Below are positions 30,510-40,811 of a stretch of 64,000 nt of DNA, piece by piece. Position 1 is the stretch's first letter. The number at the start of each line of letters is the position of its first letter. The stretch comes from Porphyridium purpureum. Its lineage: Eukaryota. The stretch covers positions 1,240,001 through 1,304,000 of the forward strand of contig VRMN01000004.1 in NCBI GenBank assembly GCA_008690995.1, read 5' to 3'. The translations under genes were made by a program, and so were the position numbers. A model generated the notes under the pieces. That model searched no databases. It was not told the origin of the DNA and saw only the letters and a program-made list of their open reading frames with translations.

Positions 30510-31028
30510 ATGAGTGAAATCATGTTGCGCGCGGTTAGGGAACCTGCGGGACCGTTTGCGGAACCGCAGCCGCTTGCAAGCGGTTGCATGCAGGAGGAAA
30601 AGTCGTTTGCGGTGCGAGCATGCTCCGCGGTGACGGACGAGGCGAGCGACGCCTTGGAGAAGACGGCATGGGCGTCGCGGCCCGCGACGTCGCAGCCGCC
30701 GCCAGAGCAGCGGATGCTCCTGGACGACGCGGCGCTCGCGCAGCTGCTGGAGGAAGAATTTGAGCTGAACCAGGCGGAGATGATGCAAGACGAGGGCGAC
30801 GAGTCGGAGGCGCAGGCGCGCGAGGTGACAGACGCGGGGTGGATGACTTGGGATGCTTTCGAAGAAATGATGATGAAGCGCGAGGTTTGTGGCAGCGCCT
30901 GCAGCTCCGCGCGCCCAGTGGACGCAGATGCTGGCGTGTGGGAGAAGCAAAGTGCGGGGGCACTCTCTGCGTCGTTCAAGTCGCGGCGCATTTCCATGGG
31001 CGCCGTGTGCCCGAAGAGGAGGCGCTAG
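30510..31028 (+). CDS. Small acidic hypothetical protein
   Basis: ATG ORF with coding-like composition; TATAAA at 30350-30355. Confidence 0.55.
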   Translation: MSEIMLRAVREPAGPFAEPQPLASGCMQEEKSFAVRACSAVTDEASDALEKTAWASRPATSQPPPEQRMLLDDAALAQLLEEEFELNQAEMMQDEGDESEAQAREVTDAGWMTWDAFEEMMMKREVCGSACSSARPVDADAGVWEKQSAGALSASFKSRRISMGAVCPKRRR

Positions 31029-32132
31029 GAGCCGTGTTTTGCATGCATGGCGGAAGCTTGCACACACCGACTAACTTGCATATAGTAAACACGTCGTGCC
31101 TATGCACAGTAGCCCATCTTTGGCCACTCGGCCGTGCCAAGGCGTGAAGCTGCGGTGCAACTCTGAGACCGGACGCTCGCTTAGCGAAAGCGCTTCCGTG
31201 CGAGAAGGCACATGCATGCTTGCGTGACTTTGCGGCGGCGCTCGCGGAGGTCGCCGCGAGCGCTCCGCCAAACGGACTTTTTGCACCCGCGCCACACTGG
31301 AAGGGAAAGCGGACGCGCGGCGCGCGCCGCAGCCGGACCGCTCGCCGCGCGCGCGGCTGCGCGATTGCATTGCGATGCGGCATTGCATGATGGCCAAACG
31401 CTGCGTCATTCCGTCGCGGTCATCGACGGCTACCGAGCGCGCGCGCGCGCGCACAATCGCCGCGCGGCACAGCGATGCCGCACACCAAAGCTCGATCACG
31501 CCGTGCCTGCTCGCTCCTCTTTCAATGTGGTCCAACCGAGCGCCATGCGTTGGCGGATGGATGGCGAGCGACGCGACGCCGCACAATGAGGAGAATCGTC
31601 ATCGCCACGACCACGTTTTGGAATGAACTCGCCGGAGTGCAGGCGTTTGGGCCTCTGGCGGCTTGCGCTCCGGCTGCACATGCGACACGAGAAAATCACA
31701 AATGAAACGAGAACGCAAAACACCTCACACAGAGCCAAGGCCGCCCAAAAGGCCACAGGCGCTCACTGCTCCGATTCCATTCGCGCCTGGGTGTGTGCTT
31801 GAGTGAATGCGTTAGTGGATGCTGAATGACCGTTCGTCATACCAGGCACGCACGCGCGCACGGCTGGTTGCGTTCGCTCCCCGCCGTCACTAATGACGGC
31901 CTTGTAGCTTTTGGCGTTCCACTCAGTTACTTCGTTGCCAGGTGAGCCTTGTTGTCCCGCGCGCGCCCTTGTGTTCGACGCCAGGTCGACATATATTCGC
32001 GGTCGAGGACGGCAGACTTCGGTGAGTAGTTTGCGGTAACAGCTCGCCCAGGCGCAACATAGACGTTGGTGTCGCGGTTGGCGGCGTGGAGGAGTGGCGG
32101 TGAGGGCCGAAGCGCGTGCGGAGCTCGGGAGC

Positions 32133-35100
32133 ATGAGCGACATCGACCCCGCGGAAGCGCCGGCGGCGGAGTCCTCGCGCGGCCTGGCGCCCGCCGGCGA
32201 GCCACAGCCGGTGGGCGTGGACGAGCGCGCGGCGACGCACGATGACGACACGTTCAAGATGGACATGAACGACGAAGGCGGGGAGCTTGCTCCGCAGGAA
32301 ACACTGGCGGTGGACGACCTGCTTGCTGAAGAGGCGGAGACGGGCACATTCATGCAAAAGTTGACCAAACGAATGACCAAGCGCAAGGCGGACCGCGACA
32401 GCAAGGCGGCGAGCGGGAAGGACGACGCGCCTGACGCCAAACCTATCAAGTATCGCGAGCTATTTCGCTACGCGGACAGGTACGACAAGATCTGCATCTT
32501 TTTCGGATTTTGGGCGGCGGCGTGTCACGGCGCGTGCATGCCATTGTTCACTATTATCTTTGGCGATGTGATTGATCAGCTTGGGGAGACAGAAGACCCC
32601 ACGGCGTACGACCCAGCAGTGTTCCTCAACCAAATGCGCGAGTCGGCCATCTGGTTTGTGGTCATCGGAAGCGTCGCGTTTGTGTTTGCGACGTTTCAAG
32701 TGGGGCTGTTCATGTTTTCATCTGCCCGCCAGGGCAATCGGATAAGGAAGAAGTATGTGCACGGCGTTTTTGCGCAGGAGATGTCCTACTTTGACGCGCA
32801 CGAGTCTGGCGAGCTTACGAGCCGTGTAGCGGGTGACGTTGGTATCATTTCGAGCGGGTTTGGCGACAAGCTCGGGAGCTTCATTCAGTTTTACTCAACG
32901 TTTTTTGTTGGCATAATCATTGGGTTTGTGTATGGCTGGAAACTGACGCTGGTGATTCTGTCAACAACACCATTGCTCGCGCTCTCCGGTGCGCTTTTCG
33001 CGAAATTCTCAGCGGACGCCACAGTGCAGGGACAGCAAGCGTACGCGAGTGCCGGGGCGATCGCCGAAGAAGTGTTTTCACTGATTCGCACGGTGGTCGC
33101 GTTTGGAGGCGAGGAGCGCGAAATGGGGCGTTACAACGCCGAGCTCAGCGCTGCGTACAAGACGGGCGTCAAGCGGGCCGCGCTATCGGGCGCTGCCATC
33201 GGTCTGACCATGTTCATCATCTTTGCATCGTATGGCTTGGGCTTCTGGTACGGTAATGAACTCGTGCAGCGCGGCGAAATGACAGCCGGGCGTGTTCTTA
33301 CGGTCTTCTTCTCCGTCGTGATTGGCTCCATGGGTTTGGGACAGGGCGCTCCAGCACTGACAGCGTTTGCCGCTGCACGTGGGGCGGCACCGCGCGTTTT
33401 CGAAATGATTGAGCGTCAGCCGCAAATCGACAATTTCAGCACGGAGGGAGAGATCTTGGACAGCTCAAGCTTCCAAGGTGACGTGGAGTTCCGCGACGTT
33501 AAGTTCACCTACGTATCCCGCCCGGACGAGCTCATCTTGAAGGGCATGTCATTCAAGGTGAATCCAGGTCAGACCCTTGCATTTGTAGGCCAGAGTGGGT
33601 GCGGGAAATCCACGAGCATCGGACTCATTGAACGTTTTTATGACGTGCTAGACGGCCAGGTACTGATGGGCGGTAAGGACGTTCGTAGCATCAACGTGCA
33701 GTCGTTGCGCAGCCAGATTGGCCTGGTGAGTCAGATGCCAACCCTTTTTGCCGCGTCGATTCGCGAGAACATTGCTCTCGGTGCAGGTTTCGAGATGGTG
33801 GAGGAGAAAGACGAAACGGGTTCGCATGGCACGCGCTACTTCCGCCGTAGAGAGGTGAGCTTTGAACAGGTACAGGAAGCAGCAAAGAAGGCTAATGCGC
33901 ACGAATTCATTATGCGCATGCCGGAGCAGTACGACACTGTTCTCGGTCAGCGCGGTGCGCTGCTTTCCGGTGGTCAGAAGCAGCGCGTCGCTATTGCTCG
34001 CGCGCTTGTGCGCGACCCAAAGATTCTTCTACTCGATGAAGCCACCAGTGCGTTGGACACCAAGTCGGAAAAGACCGTACAAGCTGCGATCGAGACGGCG
34101 GCAAAGGGTCGAACGACGGTGGTGATTGCCCATCGTCTGTCCACCGTGAGGCATGCAGACATTATTGCCGTGGTTGACGCCGGCCAGATTGTAGAGTCTG
34201 GTTCTCACGACGAACTGATGAAGCTTCCGGAAGGCCGCTACCGTGCGATGGTTCAAGCGCAGCAAATTCAGAGCGAAGAGGACGCGAAGAAAATGAAAGG
34301 CCGAGAGAACGCGGATGAAGACTTCATTGACCGTTCTGCCACCACAGCGACGGATGAAGATGAGCATCATCACGAAGCCTTGGCCGCAGCCTACATGGAA
34401 GATGGTGCCGGAGGAGCTACAAAGACCAGCACGCATGCATCCGACAAGGAGTCGCTCATGCGAGCAATTGAGGAAGGCGCGGATCAGGATTCTTCCGCAG
34501 AGGCCGGGAAGCCTGCCGTGGACAAAAACGTGGGTACGCGCGCGCTCAAGCTGAACACTGAGGAGTGGTACATCATCGCGGCCGGCATTTTGGGTGCGAT
34601 ATTGAATGGGTCTTCATTTCCGGTCTTCGCGCTCATTTTCACCGAGCTGGTTGTCGTGCTCACACAATCGGACAATAGCTCAGACGTGGCCTTCTGGTCG
34701 TGTATGTTTGTGGTGATCGGTGCGGGGACGTGGATCGCTTTGTTTCTGCAAGTGTCAATGTTTGGATGGTCTGGCGAATTGCTGACCCGCCGAGTGCGTA
34801 GCTTGAGCTTTGCTGCGATTGTGCGACAGGACATGGCATTTTTCGATCACCGTGACCATACAGTTGGCGCTCTGTCAACCATGCTTGCAAGCGACGCCAA
34901 CTCAGTTCGTAATCTTGCCGGTGAGTCGCTGGGTGCCGCCGCCGCGTCGGTCACAACCATTGCCGTAGGTGTTGCGTTGGCCTTCACCGGCTGCTGGAAA
35001 TTGGCCTTTGTGGTGCTGGCGTTTGTTCCGGCAATGGCCGTGGCGCAGGTGTTGCAGATTAAGCTCATGACCGGCTTTTCAGAGAAGTCTGATAAGCAGT

Positions 35101-36275
35101 TCGCCCATGCAGGCCGGATTGCGTCCGAAGCTGTGGACAACATTCGCACCATCACCTCGCTCGGGGTGGGCGAGCATTTTTATGAGCTTTATCGCGAGGA
35201 ACTGAAGGGGCCTTCGCGTGACGCGCGCAAGTCTGCCATGGTAACAGGCATTGCCTTTGGGTTCAGCGTGTTCATCCAATTCGCGATTTGGAGCGTGTCT
35301 TTCTACTATGGCAGTTTGCTGATCGATCGCATGGAATGCTCATTCACTGGCGTGATGCGGGCAATTACAGCTTTGCTGTTCGCAGCCATGCAGTTAGGCC
35401 AGGTTTCGGCAACCATGCCGGATATGGCGTCCGCAAAGGTAGCCGCGACTCGCGTTTTTCAGCTGGTGGACCGGAAACCAGAGATCGACGCATTCAGCGA
35501 TGAAGGCAGAAAGCTTGACTCGGTTTCCGGAGATGTCGAGTTTGATGAAGTCAAATTTGAATACCCGACGCGGAAGGAGGTGCCTGTGTTGCGCGGTCTG
35601 TCTGTATCGATCGATCACGGGCAAACGCTCGCTTTCGTCGGAGAAAGTGGCTGCGGAAAATCGACCACGATTGGCCTGGTGGAGCGCTTCTACGACTACC
35701 GTTCTGGAACGATCAAACTTGATGGCGTTCCGCTCACGGACTTGAATGTGCGCTGGCTCCGCTCCCAAATTGGTATCGTGAGTCAGGAACCGGACCTTTT
35801 CAACACTACCATCCGGGAGAATATTCTGTACGGCTTTTCCAAGGAAGATATGACCATTGTGACGGACGACCAGGTCGAAAAGGCTGCGGAACTCGCGAAC
35901 GCGGTAGATTTCATTAGGCGCCTTCCCCATGGCTTTGATGAACCGGTTGGTGAGCGCGGCAGTAAACTGTCCGGTGGACAGAGGCAGCGTATTGCAATCG
36001 CGCGCGCGCTCGTGCGCAACCCGAAGATTCTCTTGCTCGATGAAGCCACGAGCGCCCTGGACTCGCGCAGCGAGCGTGTCGTGCAGGACGCGCTCAATCG
36101 CGCGTCGAAGGGCAGGACTACGCTGGTAATTGCTCACCGCTTGTCGACCATTGCCGATTCCGAGAAGATTGCTGTGGTCCGAAGCGGCCGCGTTGTCGAA
36201 CAAGGCAGCCATGCCGAACTCATGGCTAAACCAGGAAGCCAGTACGCCGTATTAGTCAAGACTCAGCAGAGCTAA
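32133..36275 (+). CDS. ABCB1: Full-size ABCB (P-glycoprotein/MDR) transporter
   Basis: TMD-NBD-TMD-NBD; GQSGCGKS, LSGGQKQR, ILLLDEATSALD, AHRLST, each present twice. Confidence 0.97.
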   Translation: MSDIDPAEAPAAESSRGLAPAGEPQPVGVDERAATHDDDTFKMDMNDEGGELAPQETLAVDDLLAEEAETGTFMQKLTKRMTKRKADRDSKAASGKDDAPDAKPIKYRELFRYADRYDKICIFFGFWAAACHGACMPLFTIIFGDVIDQLGETEDPTAYDPAVFLNQMRESAIWFVVIGSVAFVFATFQVGLFMFSSARQGNRIRKKYVHGVFAQEMSYFDAHESGELTSRVAGDVGIISSGFGDKLGSFIQFYSTFFVGIIIGFVYGWKLTLVILSTTPLLALSGALFAKFSADATVQGQQAYASAGAIAEEVFSLIRTVVAFGGEEREMGRYNAELSAAYKTGVKRAALSGAAIGLTMFIIFASYGLGFWYGNELVQRGEMTAGRVLTVFFSVVIGSMGLGQGAPALTAFAAARGAAPRVFEMIERQPQIDNFSTEGEILDSSSFQGDVEFRDVKFTYVSRPDELILKGMSFKVNPGQTLAFVGQSGCGKSTSIGLIERFYDVLDGQVLMGGKDVRSINVQSLRSQIGLVSQMPTLFAASIRENIALGAGFEMVEEKDETGSHGTRYFRRREVSFEQVQEAAKKANAHEFIMRMPEQYDTVLGQRGALLSGGQKQRVAIARALVRDPKILLLDEATSALDTKSEKTVQAAIETAAKGRTTVVIAHRLSTVRHADIIAVVDAGQIVESGSHDELMKLPEGRYRAMVQAQQIQSEEDAKKMKGRENADEDFIDRSATTATDEDEHHHEALAAAYMEDGAGGATKTSTHASDKESLMRAIEEGADQDSSAEAGKPAVDKNVGTRALKLNTEEWYIIAAGILGAILNGSSFPVFALIFTELVVVLTQSDNSSDVAFWSCMFVVIGAGTWIALFLQVSMFGWSGELLTRRVRSLSFAAIVRQDMAFFDHRDHTVGALSTMLASDANSVRNLAGESLGAAAASVTTIAVGVALAFTGCWKLAFVVLAFVPAMAVAQVLQIKLMTGFSEKSDKQFAHAGRIASEAVDNIRTITSLGVGEHFYELYREELKGPSRDARKSAMVTGIAFGFSVFIQFAIWSVSFYYGSLLIDRMECSFTGVMRAITALLFAAMQLGQVSATMPDMASAKVAATRVFQLVDRKPEIDAFSDEGRKLDSVSGDVEFDEVKFEYPTRKEVPVLRGLSVSIDHGQTLAFVGESGCGKSTTIGLVERFYDYRSGTIKLDGVPLTDLNVRWLRSQIGIVSQEPDLFNTTIRENILYGFSKEDMTIVTDDQVEKAAELANAVDFIRRLPHGFDEPVGERGSKLSGGQRQRIAIARALVRNPKILLLDEATSALDSRSERVVQDALNRASKGRTTLVIAHRLSTIADSEKIAVVRSGRVVEQGSHAELMAKPGSQYAVLVKTQQS

Positions 36276-36885
36276 ATCAGTCCAAGTATATTGTTCTTTT
36301 ATTTTGACCCGCCTCTCGCGTTTTGTCGTCCGTGAAGGCTTCCTGTCTATACACTGTTCGCTGGCTCAAACGCAAGCTGGGCCGCTTTGGAGAGCACGAC
36401 ATTGCGTACTGCGTCAGGTTCATAGCGTCCCAGACACTGAACTGCACTTTTCTTCTACGCAAACTGTTACAGCTTTCCACTATCGCGCGTCGTACGCTTC
36501 ATTCATCCCCGCAACGATAGCCGACAGAAACGGTGTCTCTAGCATTTGCTCCCTTCTTCGCCCATGCACACCGCGCTTACGTCTGTTCTGAGCGTCTTGC
36601 CGTCCGGCGACGACACTTGCACGTCAGCGATTGTCTATCAGACCCGAACAAGGGGAGAGCTGCGCAACCAAACGCAGTGCAAGTCGTGCACTTTCACGAT
36701 TTGGGCTCTTGCAAAAAAGTGTTTGAAATAGATTTGTGTGCAAACACCAACATTTCCGTACCGAACGACCTCGCGTTCGCCGCGATCAAGTACACCAAGC
36801 GGTGGCGGGCATGTCCGTGTTCGTCCGCTGTATGGCTGCGGTTGTCTTAACTTGCTTGCGTGGAGAAATAGAAAGAAGAACTTGT

Positions 36886-37860
36886 CTAGCTTTCAAGAAT
36901 GCGTTCGATATGCAATCTGCAAAGGCGCCTCGTGTTCAATACCAAAAAGTCTTCCGCCCCGACCAAAGGAGCGTCGATCTCGCTCGCCGCCATGCGGAGC
37001 AGAATCATAAGTGCTGAAGTAGTCTCAGCATTTCGGTTGATATTCGCGCCATTCTGCACCAGAAGCTGGAACATAAGCACCGCATGACTTGTGTGAGTCA
37101 CGCCAGCCGCGTAGTCCAGCGCGCAACGTCCGTCGAGGTCCAGGCTATCCACGGCCCCGTCGCCACCCTGCAAGAGTAGCTGCATGATATCGAGCTGCCT
37201 CCGAGCGATCACACCACCTCGTGTTTGCCAATGGTGACCGAGCCGTACTAACCGATGAAGAGCAGTTGATCCATCGTGCGCTCGCTTCTTGACATCTGCC
37301 CCGCGGAGGAGCAGGATGCGCACACTCCCTGTATTCAAAGCAGACGCGGCCCTGCTCAAAACGGTCACCCCTTTCAAGTCTGCTTCATTTTCGTCGGCAC
37401 CGTGCGCGAGCAGTTCATCGGCACACTTCTCGTTGCCGAGTAGCACAGCGTACACTAATGAGCTGCGACCAGGATTAGTTTGCGCCCTTGCGTTCGCACC
37501 GTACTCCAGGAGTGCACACACACACCGCGTGTGTCCCTTACTTGCTGCCACAATCAACGCTGTCTCCCCGCACGCGTTTCTCTTCTCCGTATCTGCGCCC
37601 AGCTCCAGGAGACCGTGCAGGAATTCTACGTGCCCGTTGTCAGCGGCAGTGAGAAGCGCCGTGTCGCCGGTGCTGCTACTTGCACACTCAACATCTGCGC
37701 CAAGCTCGATCAATTGTCGCAGCTCGCGCACATTTCCATTCTGCGCCGCTAGATGTAGCGAAGCAGGAAGACAATGGCTTCCCCTGAGTGGCTGTGGGCA
37801 TGCAAGCTGTGACGCCAACGGCGCCCCCAAGTCCTCCATGCTGGCAAAGTCCCAGTGCAT
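36886..37860 (-). CDS. Ankyrin repeat protein
   Basis: Multiple G.TAL..AA..GH....LL..GA repeats. Confidence 0.9.
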   Translation of the reverse strand: MHWDFASMEDLGAPLASQLACPQPLRGSHCLPASLHLAAQNGNVRELRQLIELGADVECASSSTGDTALLTAADNGHVEFLHGLLELGADTEKRNACGETALIVAASKGHTRCVCALLEYGANARAQTNPGRSSLVYAVLLGNEKCADELLAHGADENEADLKGVTVLSRAASALNTGSVRILLLRGADVKKRAHDGSTALHRLVRLGHHWQTRGGVIARRQLDIMQLLLQGGDGAVDSLDLDGRCALDYAAGVTHTSHAVLMFQLLVQNGANINRNAETTSALMILLRMAASEIDAPLVGAEDFLVLNTRRLCRLHIERILES

Positions 37861-37971
37861 TCATACTCACAAGGTGGACCGCTACGCGCATGTCGTTATC
37901 ATTCGGCGGCGGCCACTCGGATGTGCGTGCAAGAGCTGTGGCATGGTCGCAGACAGGCGGGGTGCGAGAAG

Positions 37972-39561
37972 ATGCTGAGAAGGTTGCTGCTTCTAGGATC
38001 AAGTCTGGCGCGTAAAGCGAGTGGGGTAGGATGCAAGAATCATGTTCAAGAAGAGCACTTAGCAAGAGCTGTCGGCGTCGGCCACAGCTTTGTCCGCGCG
38101 GCGGCGTCTGCTGCCAGGTTTGGAAAGGACAAGAGGTTTGAGTTGGAAGATGATGATGACATAGTGGTTGAACACGGTGTTTATGAGCCAGATGAGCTTG
38201 ACGATCAGCTGTACAATCGCGAGGATCCTCCGCCGCTTGACATAGATCCGCAAGAGGAGGGCGATGCACAATGGTTTGGTCGGCAGGGCTCACAAAGCAC
38301 AAATTTCGGACCGTTTTCTCAGCCTCGGCGTCGGAGGCTCGACACGCTTTTCGACGAAGAGGAGCTTAACTCGGCCCCAGATTTGGACAAGGGAGAAGAA
38401 GAGAAAAGAAAAGAGATTCAGACTCAAATCCAACGGATGGAGGAACACAAGGCGCTCAAGGAACGCCGAGAACTGCGCGAAGCTAAAGAACGTTTCGCAG
38501 AGGCACAGGGTCTTCAGCCCACACCGGGTCCACGGGATGCAATGCGTAGAAAGGTTTTGACCGAAGAGCTTGAGCCGACGGAAGCCAGCAGCTCACTCAA
38601 ACCGGATGGAATTGGAGAATCCCAGAAGAAACGCCAGTCGAAACAGAGGGCGAGATCTGGACCTGACATGAGCGCAAAGGTAGATAATCCGGAAAACGGC
38701 ATTGTTCTGGATTTTCAAAGACTAACTGAAAGCCGCGATGCGCTAGAAAGCGGCATGGTATCCTTAAAGGATGTACTGAGAATGACGGGATTATTTACCG
38801 CCAAAGAAATCATGGCCTTGTCGCGCAAACCACACGATACGATCCAGATCAATGGTACGTCACTTCCGGAGGGATTGTTGGGTGCGAACCGGTTGCGCTT
38901 CAAAGTAAATATTTGGCAAGACTCGGTGCAGATTGGGGGCGTCCAGTTGAAAGTGCAGCCTAATCCGAAATGGATTGTGACATGGAAGCCCGCAGACATC
39001 GAAATTAAGCAGGGTGACCCGCCAGCGTTCCATGAGGAACTTTCTAGCTACCCTTTCCATGTAGAACTTCGATCTATCGACAATTTACCGGCAGGTATCA
39101 GTGGCATTGTCCTTTTTACGACGGATGATTGGTGGACCGAGTCTTCTTTGTCCGTGCTTTCCGAAAAAGCGCCGACTCTGACGGATGCGCTTGAAGTTAG
39201 ATTGGAGAAAGCTATCTGTCAGCTAGGCCAGCCCCTTGCTGAGGCACAACTCATTCAGATTCAGGACGAGTGGAAAAATATGACCGGGTCAGGCCAGGTG
39301 CATGTGACTGGTGGGTTGCACGGCGGTGCGGATCCGTCGATGTCCAAGATACTGGAAATCACCGGTCTGCACATTGACTACCTTGCTCTACGCCATCTTC
39401 TGGCGCGAGAAACTGGCGTACCGCCCATGGTGATGACGCGGGAGGCAATCGCAGGTTTGGACAGAAAGGCCTTGCTAGGCAACTTGAATTCGTGGCGCGC
39501 TTTACGGGCTAGCGAATTTGGGCTAGCGAAATCTATTCTCCAAAATCGTTATCCGGAATAA
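37972..39561 (+). CDS. Organelle-targeted S4/RsuA-like pseudouridine synthase homologue, apparently non-catalytic
   Basis: Presequence MLRRLLLLGSSLARK; IQING S4-like region, WKP, SIDNLPAGISGIVLFTTD aligning to GRLDxxTSGLLLLTND. Confidence 0.55.
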   Translation: MLRRLLLLGSSLARKASGVGCKNHVQEEHLARAVGVGHSFVRAAASAARFGKDKRFELEDDDDIVVEHGVYEPDELDDQLYNREDPPPLDIDPQEEGDAQWFGRQGSQSTNFGPFSQPRRRRLDTLFDEEELNSAPDLDKGEEEKRKEIQTQIQRMEEHKALKERRELREAKERFAEAQGLQPTPGPRDAMRRKVLTEELEPTEASSSLKPDGIGESQKKRQSKQRARSGPDMSAKVDNPENGIVLDFQRLTESRDALESGMVSLKDVLRMTGLFTAKEIMALSRKPHDTIQINGTSLPEGLLGANRLRFKVNIWQDSVQIGGVQLKVQPNPKWIVTWKPADIEIKQGDPPAFHEELSSYPFHVELRSIDNLPAGISGIVLFTTDDWWTESSLSVLSEKAPTLTDALEVRLEKAICQLGQPLAEAQLIQIQDEWKNMTGSGQVHVTGGLHGGADPSMSKILEITGLHIDYLALRHLLARETGVPPMVMTREAIAGLDRKALLGNLNSWRALRASEFGLAKSILQNRYPE

Positions 39562-39602
39562 AGATTTTCATGGCGAGCGGGAAAGCGCTCCAGGCAGCTC
39601 AT

Positions 39603-40376
39603 TCAAAACCGACCCTTTTTCTTCTTCCCCCTCTCCAGTGCCTCTTTCAGTTTTCTAAGCTGCTCTTGCGGCGAGTCCGTGCTTTCAATAGGGACCGGGA
39701 CTTCAAATTCTGGCTCCGGATCCACGCGATCCCACAGTCCGGGGCAATCTTCTCTGCACAATTTCTTGATGGGGACCGAAAGCATGATTGCGTCGTACAC
39801 GTGAGGCGTCAGATCGACCGCAAGGATATCATCCGTGACCTTTTCAACTGCCTCATCCGCACGAGTGTCGTCCGGCCCATCGATCATGGGCACGAGATCT
39901 TCGCGCGTCGCAAGCCATATTTCAAATTCGCCCCGGGACTGGAACGGAAACTCGTCCAAACATCGGTCACATGCACAGTTCAATACCGTACTCACTCGGC
40001 CTCGCAGATGGAAATCGTCCCGCACGTTTTGAACCACAGTGGAGACTCGCACTACTTCTTCCGAGTTTTGCGCACCAAAGTCCTCTGGGACCCCAACGTG
40101 GCCCAAAGAACTCGTAAAGTCCACCTTGATGAACGCTTCCTCTGACTTGAACTGACTCCTCTTCAGCATGAGAGAGCCGTCTTGGTCCTGACTTTTGCCC
40201 TTCCTCTCAACACCTCTCTTGGACGTCGCACGCACTTCAGTCAACGCAACCCTCTCGTGCAAAGAAGCATGGTCGGGACGCGTGCGTCCGACCCAACTGC
40301 GACGAGTGCAGACAGCGCGCTCCTTGGCTGCGCGCGACGCGTGCCCGCGTGCGGTGGAAACAGGTACGAATGCCAT
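39603..40376 (-). CDS. DUF177/YceD family protein (23S rRNA accumulation), plastid-targeted
   Basis: MAFVPVS transit peptide; CDRCL, VDLTPHVYDAIMLSVPIKKLCREDCPGL. Confidence 0.9.
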   Translation of the reverse strand: MAFVPVSTARGHASRAAKERAVCTRRSWVGRTRPDHASLHERVALTEVRATSKRGVERKGKSQDQDGSLMLKRSQFKSEEAFIKVDFTSSLGHVGVPEDFGAQNSEEVVRVSTVVQNVRDDFHLRGRVSTVLNCACDRCLDEFPFQSRGEFEIWLATREDLVPMIDGPDDTRADEAVEKVTDDILAVDLTPHVYDAIMLSVPIKKLCREDCPGLWDRVDPEPEFEVPVPIESTDSPQEQLRKLKEALERGKKKKGRF

Positions 40377-40811
40377 GAGGTCAGAGAACACTTCCTAGAA
40401 CTGGCCCGTTGAGAGTACTGCAGCCCGGTTACGAGCCTTGTGCTGCCGCGCGCGTGCGTTCGTCCACTCGCTAGTGCCGCTTCCTCGTCTTACAGCGTGA
40501 CGCGCGTCGCAGCCAACTCGCCGTCGGGAGCTCGTCCACAGTACTCGGTGAACTGATAAACCGTTAGACGACCACAAGACCTTCTTTTTATGCACACATC
40601 GTTCACACCCTAAACACACCATGGACACATCCTTCTCACATCCTGCGCAAAGCTGCACACACATGCACACATACATGGACTCTACAAGACTATCACACGA
40701 ACACGAAACCTCCCTCCAAAGCACCCAAGCCTTCTTTGCCTTACAGCGACGGCATGCATTGTCTGCGGCACGCCGCCCTGTCGCACCGAATTCGACAAGG
40801 CAACCGCGCGC

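Noticed and set aside
31437..31452. (CG)n run as a Z-DNA regulatory element upstream of ABCB1
   Set aside because: CG runs are common throughout this window; no specific support
36636..36890. Stop-free stretch after the ankyrin gene as a frameshifted extension
   Set aside because: Different frame, bounded by an upstream stop, no ATG and no recognisable motif
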